DNA of 64,000 bases, from assembly GCF_006345805.1 (NCBI RefSeq), contig NC_043014.1, positions 36,270,001 to 36,334,000 of the forward strand, in the 5' to 3' direction. A program made the position numbers and the translations under genes. The notes beneath the pieces are model-generated. The model was not told the DNA's origin. It worked only from the letters and a program-made list of their open reading frames with translations, and did no database searches. How positions within the stretch are numbered: the first letter of the stretch is position 1; every line of letters begins with the position of its first letter. Shown here one piece after another: positions 1 to 12,122 of the stretch. The DNA comes from Octopus sinensis. Taxonomy: Eukaryota.

Positions 1-349
1 GTAAAGACCAAACACACATACAGACGCCGCGTGCACACACCACAAACACACACACACACGTATACACACACACACAACACACACACACGCGTGTGCAGAC
101 ACACACACACACACACACGCACACACGTATACACACATACAAACAAAGAGGGAAAAAGAAGATAGTGAGTATCAATATATTAAGCGAATGAGTGAGTAGA
201 AGTATTGTGATTAAGAAAGAGACGGTCACTAAGAACGCGTGTGAGTAAAGTGACGACGGAAGATAAAAGTGAAAGTGAAAAAGGGAGATAAGAAAAAAGA
301 TTGACAAGGAAATGTTAGAGTGAGAGTATAAAAAACGCTATGAAAAAGA

Positions 350-393
<44 letters not shown>

Positions 394-412
394 TAGACAA
401 CGTCAGAGGGAA

Positions 413-469
<57 letters not shown>

Positions 470-509
470 AAAAACATTCAAAAATTCTCTTTTTTAATAC
501 AGTTACTCT

Positions 510-737
510 CTTTTCTCTCTTTCACTTGTTTCAGTCATTTGAGTGCGGCCATGCTGGAGCACCGCTTTTAGTCGAGCAACCCGACTGGCGAGACTTATTC
601 TTTGTAAGCCCAGTACTTATTCTATCGGTCTCTTTTGCCGAACCGCTAGGTGACGGGGACGTAAACACACCAGCATCGGTTGTCAAGCGATGCTAGAGGG
701 ACAAACACAGACACACAAACATACACACACACACACA

Positions 738-777
<40 letters not shown>

Positions 778-783
778 GTATTT

Positions 784-842
<59 letters not shown>

Positions 843-969
843 TACGATAGGCTTCTTTCAGTTTCCGTCTACCAAATCCACTCACGAGGCTTTGGTCGGC
901 CCGAGGCTATAGCAGAAGACACTTGCCCAAGATGCCACGCAGTGGGACTGAACCCAGAACCAGTTAGTT
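510..969 (-). mobile_element. SINE family 2 (tRNA-like head, internal CA/TA microsatellite)
   Basis: Reverse complement of the element at 18243-18707. Confidence 0.85.
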
Positions 970-987
970 GGTATTTTATCTAAATGA

Positions 988-1220
988 AAGGTGGCGAGCT
1001 GGCAGAAGCGTTAGCACGCCGGGCGAAATGCTTTGCGGTATTTCGTCTGCCGTTACGTTGTGAGTTCAAATTCCGCCGAGGTCGACTTTGCCTTTTATCC
1101 TTTCGGGGTCGATAAATTAAGCACCAGTTACGCACTGGAGTCGATGTAATCGACTTAATACCTATGTCTGTCCTTGTTTGTCCCCTCTATGTTTAGTCCC
1201 TTGTGGGTAATAAAGAAATA
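988..1220 (+). mobile_element. SINE family 1 (tRNA-like head, Nin-domain-like core)
   Basis: Core ttgcctt..atcctttcggggtcgataaa.taag.acca; 18-bp TSD GGTATTTTATCTAAATGA (970-987, 1221-1238). Confidence 0.9.
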
Positions 1221-1412
1221 GGTATTTTATCTAAATGATTTTTCAATATGGCCCTGAGTGGAGAGGCTACCTTAAGTTCCTGTTGTGGTCGCAATGGTAC
1301 ACCCCATCCCACGGGACAAGTAATATGAATCGGCCACTATAAAGTGAGACGACGTCAACCAATGCACAGAGTCTTTTGTCCGTCGTTGTACAAGTTCTCG
1401 GTCGTAGGTAAG

Positions 1413-2239
1413 GGATCTTTTCGGTTTGAACGGCAGTTTTTAACATAATTTCTAGGTAACTAAAAAATTTTAAACCTCGTATACTCGTAGAATGTGTTTA
1501 TAAAACATCATTTTCTCTTGGCTTTCTTGAGAAAATTCTGTAGTTTGTAACATATTTCGTCTTTAATTTCTTGCCTTTCGGCAATTTTAACCAATCAATG
1601 ACATCTATTGAGGTAAAAAGCATTCTGTGTCGTATGAATATGTCCCTCCTTTAAGAAACAGATTGGGCTTATTTACATTTGTGAATAAAAAAAGATACCC
1701 TTCCCCCACCCCTAACCTTAACCCTAACCCTAACTAACCCTTAATCGAAAATAGATTGAAATGCAATAGATCGATACTAGGGTCATAATTATGAGTGACA
1801 ATTTCATATGACACCGCTAGAAAAACTGCCATTTTCTCTAGCGGTGTCATATGAAATTGTCACCCATAATTATGTTCCTAGAATCGATCTATTGCATTTC
1901 AATCTATTTTAGATTTAGGGTTAGTTAGGGTTAGGGTTAGAGGTGAGGGAAGGGTATCTTTTTTTCTTCACAAATGTAAGTAAACCCAATCTGTTTCTTA
2001 AAGGAGGGACATATTCATTATGCACAGAATGTTATTTACCTAAATAGAGGTCAGCGATTGGTTAAAATTGCCGGAATGCTCGAAATTAAAGATGAAATAT
2101 CTTACAAACTATAGAATTTTCTCAAGAAAGCCAAGAGAAAATGATGTTTTATAAACACATTCTACCAGTATACGAAGTTTAAAACTTTTTAGTTACCTAG
2201 AAATTATGTTACAAAGTGCCGTTCAAAAGGAAAAGATCC
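1413..2239. mobile_element. Tail-to-tail fusion of two copies of the same MITE (~830-bp foldback)
   Basis: 1413-1830 forward copy truncated in its right TIR; ~1832-2239 reverse-complement copy; no TSD seen. Confidence 0.85.
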
Positions 2240-2799
2240 AAATTCAGTAGTTTGTAAGCTATTTCTTGTTTAATTTCTCGCATTTCGGCAATTTCAACTA
2301 ATCAATGACGTCTATTGAGGTGAATACAATTACTGCTGTTGTTTGTCAACAAGTTCAACAAGAACTTCCGGCTGTGTATATTTCGTTTAAGAAACAGATT
2401 GAAATGCAATAAAATAGATCGATACTCGGATCTGAGATTATCTATGTTCTTTATATATTAAATATGTAGTTAATTCATTTTGTAACAGAAACAAGAAAAA
2501 AACGTATTAGAAAAAAACTGAAAGAAAAGCGCACGCAAAACTAGAAGATTATCATCTTTTTTTGTACCCCTCCATCACTGTAGGGTCATAATTATGAGGG
2601 AACGGGTTTGTTATCCAGCCCTATTTACGAGTGATCCCTTAGCTTATGACCACAAAATGTTTATATCTGCAGCATCTTTCGCATCATTATATAATATAAA
2701 TTTATAGATATGTATGTAATACATGTATGTAGGTGTATATATATATATACATAATATCACACGATGTACTTATTGTATGTATAGATCAAATGTTACAGC

Positions 2800-3075
2800 A
2801 AAAGATGCTACAACTAATGAAACCTGAAAATACGTTTTCACCACTCCATGTAGTGAATTCATTAAATGAATTTAAATATGATCCGCAAAATGGAGTCACC
2901 TTCGAGGCATATTACCGAAGATTTGAACAAATTTTCGAAAAAGAATGTCAAGCCTGGACTGTTGAAATGAAAGCGCGTCTAATTTTGAGGAAACTGGCGA
3001 CAACAGGGCATGAAAAATACAGTAACTTTACACTGCCTAAAAAATCGTCTGACATAAATTTTACGGACAAAATAC
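2800..3075 (+). mobile_element. Gypsy-type gag N-terminal remnant
   Basis: EFKYDPQNGVTFEAYYRRFEQIFEKECQAW...KARLILRKL resembles invertebrate Gypsy gag N-termini (recognised from memory). Confidence 0.6.
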
Positions 3076-3849
3076 CAATTAAAGTAAATCACAAGGGTGG
3101 TGCACCATGAACCCCCCCCCCCAAACCCATGGCCTAAATGAATTACAATAATATTACCAATTCTATGCATCAAAACACACATCCTAGTAAATAACAAAAC
3201 CCATAAATGATTGTCCTTTCTCTTTTATTTTTATCTGTGAAACTTAGACCAGCTGAGTGAAATAAATTTATATCTCATAATTATGTTATATTACCACCGG
3301 TAACATATCTACCCGGTACCGGCAAGCCACTACCTACTGTAATACGTTGCATATAGTTGATACCTATTTGGCGTGTTTCAGATCATAACCCTCCAATAAC
3401 ACTACATTATTTTCATATTTATGGCTAATGTCACACTCATCACAAGAGTATTATGGCACAGTATATTAGTGGTAAATTTTTATTTCGTAATTAATTAAAT
3501 GCAACTTAATGTCTTAAATACCATAACTGATAAAATGAGAAGCACAACACCACTTTCTCCCACCAACAGTCGCCACCGAAAACGTCTCCCTGGCTGAACT
3601 AGAGATTACTGTGCCAATTTCTTTGAGCATTTCTATTTTATATAAATTCAGTGAAGCACAACGCCCAAAATATATAACTAATATCAAAATAATTAATAAC
3701 GTCAATAAGAAATAATGAGTTATCAAATTTATATTTATGAAAACAGAAAGTGAAATAGAAATTTATGGTAATACAGCTTTAAATTATAATTACAGTATAT
3801 CTTAAACATCTTACACACAAAAGTTCATTAAATTCCTTAAAAAAAATCA

Positions 3850-5290
3850 CGCTGTTCATTATGTTTATCAGGATGATTATGAAGATGAAGATAATCATCG
3901 TAAGGATTATCTTCATCTTCGCTCTCCATAGTTTGAGGTAGAACGTCATCCACTTCTTCGTCATCCATGTCATCCCATACACAATCGTGTTCTGTACCAT
4001 TGAATGCATTCGGAATTCCACATTTCTTGAGTGATCTGACAACAGTTTCAACTTTTATTTCCTTTCATGAAACGAACGATCTATTCACAGATCAGAAGCA
4101 GTAATGGACCCCGCATACTACCTCCTTTCGTATACGTTTTTTTCTCCATCACGCATCCCGTTATTCTTCTTGATTCTCATCATGTTCTAAAATGGCTTAT
4201 TGATACTAACATCTAATGGTTGCAAAACACTTGTTAGTTAGTTAGTTAATTTGGCTCAAAAGCAAATAGCAAGGCCATGTAGGGGGACATGGAGTTAAGT
4301 ACAGGGTGGTGTTCAAGTAAAGAGTTCAGGCCACTTGAGGTCAAGGGAGGCTTTGAACAAAGCGGTCGTCGGCATCTTCACCATCTCGTCTGGCAGCTTG
4401 TTCCACGGATCCGCAACCCGGACGGAGAAAGCTCCTCTCCTTCGATTGAGATGAAATCGTCGCAGGTAGAGCTTTTCGGAATGACCCCGCAGCCGACGCT
4501 CTGGAGCAGGAGTGAAGAACAGCTCTTTCGAGAGGTTACACTTTCCGCTTATGATGTTGTGGGCGAGAATGAGATCACCACGGCGGCCAAGAATTACAGC
4601 TTTATTAGTATTTTATGATTGGAAGCTATCAACAAGACCCTTTTCCTTTCGTAGTCGACCAGATCGTAAATTCCAAACTTTCTTTATCCATTTTCTACAT
4701 CCACCTTCATCCATCCTTGTGAGTGCACATGGATGACAATTCCTTTTGCAAATTTCTCCTTCGGCCTAGTGTTTCTCATAAAAACAACCATCGGTTTTAA
4801 TTTAGTACCATCAGCCATACAGGAAAGAACTAAAGAAACCTTACTTTTCTCGTGGCCAGTGGTTCTCATGAATACTGTTTTTTCTACTTATCAATTCAGT
4901 TTGATTCTCTGGCATGTTAAGAGTAACGGGTTTTTCGTCTATGCTCACAATGCATGATAATGCTGGACCGTCTTTCTGCTGATTGCTGATTACAAATCGA
5001 TGAAACTCTTTTATCTTATCATCTAGATCAGCAGGCAGCTTTTGTGCGATCTTAGTTCTCTGCCGAAGTACTAAGTCATAACGTGTCATGAACCTAGTGC
5101 AACATCCAGTAGTTGCTTTAAAATCTGAAATTCATCCTCCTTTGATTCCTTTCGTGCATGAATTCGGATGGCTTCACGAGTAACATACTTTCCATTTGGA
5201 CAATCAAGTAGCCATTCTGCAACCTTTTTCTCCAATTTTGGTCACTTTCTAGATTTTCCTCTCTTAGTACATTTTCTTTTTGGCATTGCC
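3850..5290 (-). mobile_element. Degenerate pogo/Tigger-like DDE transposase
   Basis: LVLRQRTKIAQKLP, SIDEKPV, TTGHEK...VLSCMADGTKLKPMVVF, HSQGWM, and C-terminal KKCGIPNAFNGTEHDCVWD. Confidence 0.85.
4232..4600 (-). mobile_element. CR1/L2-like LINE 3' end nested in the pogo element
   Basis: RRLRGHSEKLYLRRF..RRRGAFSVRVADPWNKLP...FKASLD followed by a (TAAC)n tail. Confidence 0.75.
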
Positions 5291-5310
5291 TGAAGCCACG
5301 ACATCGTGGG

Positions 5311-5794
5311 GTATATTTGCCACCTAAATGTGCCTAACCCATAAGGGTCGATGCTACTGTAGCTTGTAGCCCTAGGAAGACATGTCCAGCTGGTTATTGA
5401 CACACTATCTGTGCTCTATCAGTATTTGCAAAGGGAAATCATCGTTCCCCACTTCTTCGTGTGTATCACTACTGTTTATACCTCGATCAGAGATTTATTA
5501 TTGCTGGTTTCTACTGTTTGGAGATCAGAGACTTTTCGTCACTGGAAAAAGTATATATATTTGCATTGAGAACCACTTCCCATCACCAACCGGTGATTGT
5601 CACACACTGATGACGGGTCAATAATCAGAAACCCGGGTCCGTGTGTATCACGTCAGGCTTGAGATGGGAAAGATGACTTCCCTTTGCAAATACTGATAGG
5701 GAACAGATCTTGTCTCAATAGCCAGCTGGAGGAGATGACTACCTGGAGCTACATTGACCCTTATGGGTTATCCACATTTAGGTGGCAAATATAC
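5311..5794. mobile_element. Non-autonomous element with ~130-bp imperfect terminal inverted repeats
   Basis: GTATATTTGCCACCTAAATGTG at 5311 is the reverse complement of CACATTTAGGTGGCAAATATAC ending at 5794; the inverted match continues inward. Confidence 0.7.
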
Positions 5795-6419
5795 TATATA
5801 TATATTATTTAACTGGTTTCATCCCGGAGTACCGCCTTTATAAATTAAGATTTTTTACTTCTGTGAGCCCTTAGGCTATGGCCATGCTGGGGCACTGACT
5901 GAAGAAATTTAGTTGAACAAATAAACTCCAGTACATAGGTTTTAAAGCCTCGTAATATTCTGTCCGTCTCTTTTGTGGAACCGCTTGTTTACGGCGATAG
6001 AGAAAGAGAGTCAGAGAGGCAGAGAAAGAGAGAGAGAGAGAGAGAATTCTCACGTCGAATTCGATCACACGGCTTTAACAGCTATGATGTAACCGTTAAT
6101 CTACACTCACAAAGCAAGTGGTGAGCTCTTGTGTAACACGAGCCACACGTGAAATGCTGATAGCAGAAAGTTGATGCAAATATTTGCCAGACAACGAAAC
6201 GACATCAGGCTTTTCTATTGGAATTCCCCATCTCTTGAGTTAGCGGCCTCGCGTCGTCTTAAATTCTAATGTTCCCTAAGTAAGCAACCTGCGTACCTGG
6301 GCACCAAACATGAAATTTGTAAGTCCCCCGGCACACAAACGCACACACGCACGCACGCACACACGCACACGCAAACACGCGCACGCATATATATGCATGT
6401 TATATATATAAAGATACAT

Positions 6420-6780
6420 TCCTGGTACAAAAACCAGGACCTGGTGTCACTCCTACCTTTCGTCAGATCCAAGATTTGAGCGAAATCGCCTCCAGCATAG
6501 AGACCACTTTCATACACACATGAAGGCACTTCTCTAAATGAAGACCTTACCTTTAATTATGGCTTTGTGGGACGGAGCAAAGCAGGTCTTGTCGTCCAGC
6601 CAAAATACACATAGTAAATGGTACACAAGCACTCTGATAAACTGCATGCTCAACATGTCCCATTTGCCAAAAGGTTTGCAAAGTATCTGCAGACCTCGAG
6701 AAACATATTCATGTCCGTAGAACATACTTGCCGCTCTATTTGTATTGAACCATCATTTGTTGTTCACGACGAGAGAAACC
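6420..6780 (+). mobile_element. Probable decayed RTE 3' end with C2H2 finger
   Basis: CPICQKVCKVSADLEKHIH in a frame interrupted by stops. Confidence 0.4.
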
Positions 6781-6974
6781 CGCAAAGATCAACCTCTAGC
6801 CTCTATAGATTTTTTTAAATTCTCTGTTTATTTTCTCGTGTTCCTTTCTGTTGAAGAGCGTAGGCTCGAAACGTGAAAGACTTTCTTACCTTCCCGAGCG
6901 TTAAACCAATTCATCTGTTTGTTGTTTAAAGACCTGTCTTAGTCTTTTGTTTTATTTTTGTAAATTCAAACTAC

Positions 6975-7018
<44 letters not shown>

Positions 7019-8999
7019 TATCATCGTTTAACATCCATCTTCCATGCGTGCATGGGTAGGACAATTCACAGAAGCCAGCCAGGTAGAAAAATTACCCTAT
7101 ACAATCCCGTCTGTTTTTATGACTGGATGTCCTTCCTATCACCAGACACTCTGCAAAGTGGACTCAGTGCTTTTTACGTAGCACCAGCACTGGCAGGATC
7201 ATCAAGTAACTCGCAAGGAATTATGAGAAGGGTAAGTAATTTGAGGAGGGGAACTTACGTCAGCGGATGAAAGGTTAGAGTGTGACAAAGAGACAAAATG
7301 GCAGAAATAGGTGTCTTGTTATAACGAGGAAACAATTGGAGGAGGTGGCACGATATCTGATGATGAAAGGTTAGTGCTTTACAAAGAAAAAGAATGGTGA
7401 AATAGGTGTATTGTTATAGAGAAGGTACATGGCTACCCAGTGAGAGCGACATAGAGAGAGAGAGAGAGAGACCAAGAATGAGAGCAGAAATAGGTGTGCA
7501 GCTGTAGAGGAGATATATGGCTTTCCAGCCAGAGGCAAGAAGAAAGGAAAGAGAGAGAGAGAGAGAGAGTAGGAAACAGCAAAAGGGCAAGAGATAGCGA
7601 GAAAGAGAGAGGAAGTAGGAAACAGCAAAAGTGCAAGAGAGAGAGAGAGAGAGAGAAAGAGAGCAGGAGAGAGATGGTGAAGTACCAGTGTATATTTATC
7701 CGTAATTCTAAAGTTGCCAATTTTATTGCATTATTCTACTCATAACTGGCATTACTATTAGCATTACAAGTATGTTCACTATTTTTACTACTATCTTTAT
7801 GATATTAATTTAATTATTATAATTACTAGAACTAATATTATTGCTGCTCCTACCATCATTAATACGGTAAATGCTGATGCGGAGAGTTGGCACAATCGTT
7901 ACAACAACGGAACAAATGTTTATCGACATTTCTTGTCTTTTACCTTCTGAGTTCAAATATCATCGAGCTCGAATTTGTCTTTCACCATTTTGGGATCAAT
8001 AAAATAATAACCAATTTAGAACTGGCTTAGATAGAATCGACTATCCCCTTCCACAATATTTGGCCTTGAAACCATTGTAGAAAGGACTATTACTGTAATT
8101 ATTAACATTATTACTATTACCACTACTGAGTCGAACGTCGGATATATCTTGAGTAGTTGTGTTGGTGTCACATATGAAATACTTTCCATTCTCTCGCACA
8201 TTATCTACCAATACATCGACTCCTGGTCTATGTGCAGCATGTAGGGTCATTTACATTGCAATTATAAATATTAGAAAAGACCTGTTGAGTAAGATTTTAT
8301 TATTCCATTGGAGGTATATTTTATAATAGGGTAGTTGCGTAAGACACATTAACGATATGTCTATTAAAATGTTTTATGATATCTAATAGATTTACTGAAG
8401 AGTTTATCTAATGCAGCGAAGAAAGCGGAAGCAATCAGAGGGAATACATCAAGGTTAAATACTGGATATATAATTTTTTTTCTTACGTAATCCTTTACCG
8501 ATTTTACTATTCTTGTTTTCCCTACTGTGTGCAGTGTTTTGCTTATACTTTACACCACTACCTAATGTTTTCATACAGCTGCTAGTTGTAGTTCCGTTAC
8601 TTAAGTATTTTCGCTCCTTATCATTTCTTAACATCCCTCAATTTCCATCATTCCCCTCTCTTGCTATTAATTATAGTCAAGGTAGCGCGTTCGAATAGTT
8701 AGGTTCTCATAGTAGGGCACATGTCCTATATATACATACGTGTTTCACCAATCACGCTTATTGTTAATTATATCCACATTTATTCCGTCTCCAGACCTAC
8801 ACCTTTGTCTACCAATTGTAGTATTCAAGTGTTCCTGCAAGAACTGATTCACTACTTTGAATATAACTAATTTTTCTACATATCTCATTGGATCCCATTG
8901 GGATTGTTCGACCAAAATTTTCAAAAACTTTACACATTTTCCTATACCATCTTAGTTCCGCTACACTATACCTGTCAACGTAAAACAATGTCATTTCTC

Positions 9000-9275
9000 T
9001 TTATACTTCTCCTAACCTAGGGAAAATAGTTACTAGTTGCAAAACGATAGAGATTGTATACTTATATGCGAAAAATTGTTTTATTATATCTTTCTAGATT
9101 CATGTGTATCAGAGAATATGTATCCATATACACACAAACACACATTAAGATATGTTTTCAATATCAGAAATCAACAAGCACTATCTGCAGAAGGCACACA
9201 ATATATAGTATGGAGTCAAATATTTATTTCCGGGGAAAATGTGAGTTAATTTTCGCTTGGAAGTTTCGAAATAAC
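9000..9275 (-). other. Candidate non-coding 3' UTR exon of copy A (3' end approximate)
   Basis: Acceptor ttcttttttacag|G at 9275; AATAAA on the minus strand at 9228-9223; block conserved at 33.25-33.62 kb and 62.8-63.17 kb. Confidence 0.45.
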
Positions 9276-9910
9276 CTGTAAAAAAGAAAGCATTGCCAAT
9301 TTAGAAAGAAACTATACGTGTATGTAAGTATGTATGAATGTATGTATGTATGTATGTATGCACGTATGTATGTATGTATGTATGTATGTATGTATGTATG
9401 TATGTATGTATGTATGTATGTATGTATGTATGTATGTATGTATGTATGTATGTATGTATGTATGCATGCACGATGAGTTTTGAATAAAACCAATGCAGTA
9501 AGCTGTTATGATGTGGTGTTTTCCATATCTATAATGTGTGGTGCCTCTTGTGACTGTAGCTGTTGTATCTACTATAGTGGACATTTTTCTGGTATCGGAT
9601 ACAGTTTATCTCTTCTATACCGGAGTAATACATCGCTTCGTCTATCGTGCTATTGCTGATAGCTCTGCAAGACAGCGACTTTGAACCGCCTACCATCACT
9701 ATTGACTCGAACTCGAATATAACCCTTAACTGACACTTAACTCCAACAGAGAACTCGTGCAACGATTCTACAACGACTGATAGACGACTACCCGTACTGG
9801 TTGACGTCGTCGCACTTTATAGTGGCTGAGTCATACCATTTGTCCCGTGGGAGGGGTGTACCATTTCCACTACGATATAATCGTAAACTTAATAATATTA
9901 TATAGAAGAA

Positions 9911-10141
9911 CGGCGGCGAGCTGGTAGAACCGTTAGCACGCCGGGCGAAATGCGTAGCCGTATTTCGTCTGCCGTTACGTTCTGAGTTCAAATTCCGCCG
10001 AGGTCGACTTTGCCTTTCATCCTTTCGGGGTCGATAAATTAAGTACCAGTTACGCACTGGGGTCGATGTAATCGACTTAATCCCTTTGTCTGTCCTTGTT
10101 TGTCCCCTCTGTGTTTAGCCCCTTATGGGCAGTAAAGAAAT
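9911..10141 (+). mobile_element. SINE family 1 (duplicate ~38841-39071)
   Basis: 16-bp TSD ATATTATATAGAAGAA (9895-9910, 10142-10157). Confidence 0.9.
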
Positions 10142-10237
10142 ATATTATATAGAAGAATAACAAAATCAAAGGAACGAAAATGAAAAATACAATACTAACC
10201 ACTTTTTGATTCTGCTGGGGCTTGTTTTCCGAAATCC

Positions 10238-10317
10238 TTAATGAAAATGGCCAATAACAAGCAGTGTTGCTGCAAATTTCAAAATCTTAGTAATAATATT
10301 TGCATCAGATAATTTAT
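10238..10317 (-). CDS. Two-Ig gene copy A, last coding exon: DKLSDANIITKILKFAATLLVIGHFH* (hydrophobic, GPI-signal-like tail)
   Basis: Strong acceptor tttttttttctttctattacag|AT in phase 1; TAA at 10240-10238; exon continues to G|GTTAGT donor after 10200. The four exons total 768 nt = 255 aa + stop. Confidence 0.7.
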
Positions 10318-11946
10318 CTGTAATAGAAAGAAAAAAAAAGCACATTTCATTTTAATTTTGGTACAAGACCAAAAGCTTTGGTGAAGGTGGACATCGATTA
10401 CATCAACTCCAGTATTCAATTGGTGCCTAATTCATTGACTCTGAAAGAATGAAAAGTAAAGTCAACTTCGGTGGCATTTTAACTCAGAAAGCCGGACAAA
10501 ATGCCGCCAAGCATCTTTTACGGCGTGCTCATGAATCTACCAGCTTTCAGCCTCAGAAACAGTAATCAGCGATAATGGAGATTTACATAAACACATGTAA
10601 ACAATAAATAATCAGAAGAAAATCAAAACAACAAAGTTCCCAATTAAAAGGGAAACGCTACCCAAGGGTAACCAAGTAACCTCACAGTAACCAAGTAATC
10701 CTGAGTCACCCTGTTCACCAGGAATAATGTTGTGTTTCTCTCTCCTCCTTGCTTCTGTAACTACATGGGCACGCTTAGGTTACGACAATTCACTCGAGCC
10801 ATTCTTGTTATATTCATCCACAGTGTAACAGTTTTACTGGGAGAAAGGACCTTGCTCTCCACGCTCACTTTCCTTTTAAACATGAAAAGTCAATGAAGGT
10901 TTGGTCTCTTTCTCATTAATCGCATCATCTTTCACCATAAGCACCTAATAGAGGAAATCTGCCTACCCTTCAAAATCAAAGGAATGCAAGGAAGCAATCT
11001 TCACTTTGGAGTCGACCTATAACCAGATCCGTCCGAGAAGTGATTGCAGCTGGTAGACATAACTCCAGAAATCAACGATGCTCAAGCACTATACTAATAC
11101 GTGTACAAAATCTTCATCATGCAATGTGCATCAAGGGCAAGAGCAGCTGAGGGGAATATCATGTCGGTACATTTTTTCCGCCGAGGTCGGCTTTGCCTTT
11201 CATCCTTTCGGAGGTCGATTAAATAAGTACCTGTTACGCACTGGGGTCAGTATAATCGACTTAATCCGTTTGTCTGTCCTTGTTTGTCCTCTCTGTGTTT
11301 AGCCCTTTGTGTGTAGATGGTCTCGGTGCAACGTCCGCTAAGACCAATACCCTGCTGACAGAGGTGTGAGCGCCTGATGTCACACTAGGTGTCAGGTACC
11401 CTCCATAGGTCTATGCTTGACCCAAGAATGTCGTGTATATATGTGAGTATGCGCAGTGTCAGTGTATGTGTATGAATGTGTGTGTGTAGGGATGTATGTG
11501 TGTGTGAGTGTGTGTAGCGTGTGCATGTATGTATGTGTAGATGTGTATATTAGTGTTTGTTCCCCACCATCACTGGAAAACCAGTGTTGGTTTGTTTACG
11601 TGCCCACAACGTATCAGTTCGGGAATAAATACGACAAAGACTATTAGAAAATGGCCCAGCATGGCCACCATCCAGTAACTGAAAGAAGCAAAAGTTAGAA
11701 GATTAAAGATACCTGCATTGTCTCTGATTGCTTGCTGCTCAGTACCTTCAAATAAAAATTAAAAAAACATAAACAAAATAATATATAGAAATATAATATT
11801 TAAGTTTTAATGCAGTTTTTAATGCAGTTTTGTTTTCCAACTTGGAAATAAAATCAACATGTTTATCATTCAAAATGTGACCGCGTGTGTACCGTTGGCG
11901 ATTTTTTTCCTCCGTCTTCCCTTCTCTGGATCTTTCCTTCTCCTAT

Positions 11947-11981
11947 GTTTCTGACGAAGAGCTCCGCGCGAAACGTTAAAC
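11947..11981 (+). ncRNA. Minimal hammerhead-ribozyme-like motif in a short repeat
   Basis: GTTT-CTGACGA-A-GAGC TCC GCGC-GAAACGTT-AAAC; relatives at 6843-6880, 30441-30478 and 61078-61112 (-). Confidence 0.5.
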
Positions 11982-12078
11982 CCGCCTTCATCCCTTCCTT
12001 CCTGAGCGTCCAATAATACTATATTTGTTCCACGTCCTCGCGTTGTTGTGTTTTCTCATTGTGTTTTCATGTTTGGAT

Positions 12079-12122
<44 letters not shown>

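Noticed and set aside
646-983. Many YIYI, YVCM, HTYI, LSIY, poly-F and poly-S ORFs throughout the window
   Set aside because: Translations of microsatellites.
991-1080. tRNA genes
   Set aside because: These are SINE heads followed by core and tail with TSDs; no complete cloverleaf seen.
1710-1945. (CCCTAA)n/(TTAGGG)n as a telomere or fusion site
   Set aside because: Only 3-4 units, embedded in a TIR-bounded MITE present in several copies.
9180-9275. GYFETSKRKLTHIF... as a cytoplasmic tail exon
   Set aside because: The preceding exon already terminates the frame, and no transmembrane exon was found to justify it; treated as 3' UTR.
9529-9800. Minus-strand ORF with SLSCRA...EAMYY, superficially Ig-like
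   Set aside because: Cys/Trp spacing is wrong, no convincing splice sites, indels among the three copies, and the adjacent sequence recurs as a repeat at ~1300-1400.
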